Part shown: positions 62,633 through 64,000 of the stretch, in pieces | Layout: every line of letters starts with the position of its first letter | Numbering within the stretch: position 1 is the stretch's first letter | Source of the DNA: Mobula hypostoma | Lineage: Eukaryota | Direction: 5' to 3' | Assembly (NCBI RefSeq): GCF_963921235.1 | Contig: NC_086109.1 | Span: forward strand, 31,064,001 to 31,128,000 | Length of the DNA: 64,000 nucleotides | The notes under the pieces: model-generated | What the model was told of the DNA's origin: nothing | What the model saw: the letters and a program-made list of their open reading frames with translations, nothing else | Databases searched by the model: none | Position numbers and translations under genes: made by a program

Positions 62633-62658
62633 ATTTTATTTGCTGTACATTTTAAAGC

Positions 62659-64000
62659 ATGGAACATGTACTGAGACCCGACAAATTAGATGCGATCCGC
62701 AAACACCTGAAGCTGGAAACGCTTTTGAACTCTGGCTGGCTTGCTTCGAAGCGTACCTAGAGGAGATTAAAGAGACCGACCACGTAGCGAAGTGCAGCGT
62801 TCTACTCTCCAGGGTTAGTCTACGGGTCTATTCGCTGATCAGAGACCAGCCCAGCTACGACAGCGCAATGTGCGCCCTCAAAAGACAATACCTGCGTCCG
62901 ATGAACAGCGTCTATGCTCGGCACCGCTTAGCGACACAGCAACAACGGGCCAGGGAATCAAGTGCTGAGTTCGTCCAAGCCCTACAGACACTCGTGCGGG
63001 TCTGCAATTGCCAGGAGCTGACGGCGGCACAGCATGCAGAACTCCTAGTGAGAGACACCTTCGTCACAGGGACCAGGTCAGTGTATGTGCGCCAGCGGCT
63101 GTTGGAAAAAGCCCATTTTACCTTAAGTTCGGCGATCGAACTGGCCAACACGCTGGAGACTGCTCTGCATAACTCCGAGGCTCTCCAGGCACGTGATCCC
63201 CCATGGCCTCGTGGGCGCCGCAGACCCCGCAACCCACCGGTGAATCGACCTCAGCTGCCACCAATTGCAAGTCCCCGCAACCCGCCGGCGAATCGACCTC
63301 GGCTGCCGCCAGTCACGAGTTCGCGAAGTGCTACTTCTGCGGAGTGGAGAAGCACCCCTGGAAACGCTGCCCAGCCTGAGAATCTACCTGCTCCAGCTGC
63401 AGAAAGAAGGGCCACTTCGCCAAGGTCTGTAAGTCCAAACCGTGAGCGGGATCGAGCAGCGCCGCATGCGAGACGTGGGGGTCGCCATCTTGCCTGCCGC
63501 CACCTTCCCTGCACACTGCCTCCACGGGCGAGACATGGGGCCCGCCAACTTCCCTGCACGCTGCCTCCACGTGAGAGACATGGGGGTGGCCATCTTGGTC
63601 GGTGCCACCTCCCACCGCCTACGACCAACGGGTGCTCACGGGGCACCCCACGGCACCGGACCAAGATAGCAACCCAACCCTGGCTTCCGTGACCCTCGAC
63701 CAAAGCGCTCCCCACCAGCTAGCAAGGTCAATGATGGACATCCTGGTGGAGGGGTGCAGGACAAGCTGCCTGTTTGACACAGGCAGCACGGAGAGTTTTA
63801 TCCACCCGCTCACGGTGCAGCATTGCGGATTCGTGATACGGCCGGTAAATCAGAGGGTCACCATGGCTTCCGGGTCGCATACAACAGACATCCGGGGGGG
63901 ATTGTGTAGCGACACTAGTGGGGCAGGTCACAGAATATCGAGACTTTACGTTACTGGTTATGCCTCAACTGTGTGCCCCTGTGCTATTGGGGCTCGACTT
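62659..64000 (+). pseudogene. Gypsy (Mag-like) gag and aspartic protease, disrupted; continues beyond the window
   Basis: MEHVLRPDKLD/DPQTPEAGNAFELWLACF gag. Two CCHC knuckles CYFCGVEKHPWKRC and CSSCRKKGHFAKVC (about 63330-63430). Protease LFDTGS (DTG at 63776-63784) and VLLGLD. Frameshifts near 62692, 63203 and 63895, and three in-frame TGA codons. Confidence 0.9.

Noticed and set aside
62610..63692. 360-aa ORF as an intact or domesticated gag gene
   Set aside because: It is frameshifted relative to the likely ATG (62659) and to the zinc-knuckle frame. Its Pro/Arg-rich C-terminus is out-of-frame translation.

Overview
This is eukaryotic, AT-rich intronic or intergenic DNA. The repeat inventory (HE1/V-SINEs, SacSINE-like DeuSINEs, shark/ray-type CR1 and Penelope tails) points to a cartilaginous fish, probably a ray; this is an inference. 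I recognise no host protein-coding exon or cellular RNA gene. All long ORFs are transposon-derived: a recent 5'-truncated L1 with an open 769-aa RT/C-terminal frame and an 18-bp TSD (6017-8874, -); a near-full-length Rex1/Babar LINE nested in a CR1 LINE (49131-55486), plus a second Rex1 copy; a TA-flanked Tigger-type element (44687-45515); a complete non-autonomous Helitron (47519-48600, -); and the 5' LTR and gag-protease of a Mag-like Gypsy element (62405 to the end). The best leads are: (1) the Gypsy element has no tRNA PBS, and the sequence at that position is complementary to its own LTR poly(A)-signal region; (2) Penelope pLTR remnants carry minimal hammerhead-ribozyme motifs, often at inverted junctions; (3) the Tigger looks like a Tigger4/Tigger3 chimera with a segment very close to the mammalian Tigger3/MER2 consensus; (4) SINE module swapping is visible within the window. 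Family names come from motif recognition and memory, not database searches. Boundaries without a TSD or TIR are approximate.
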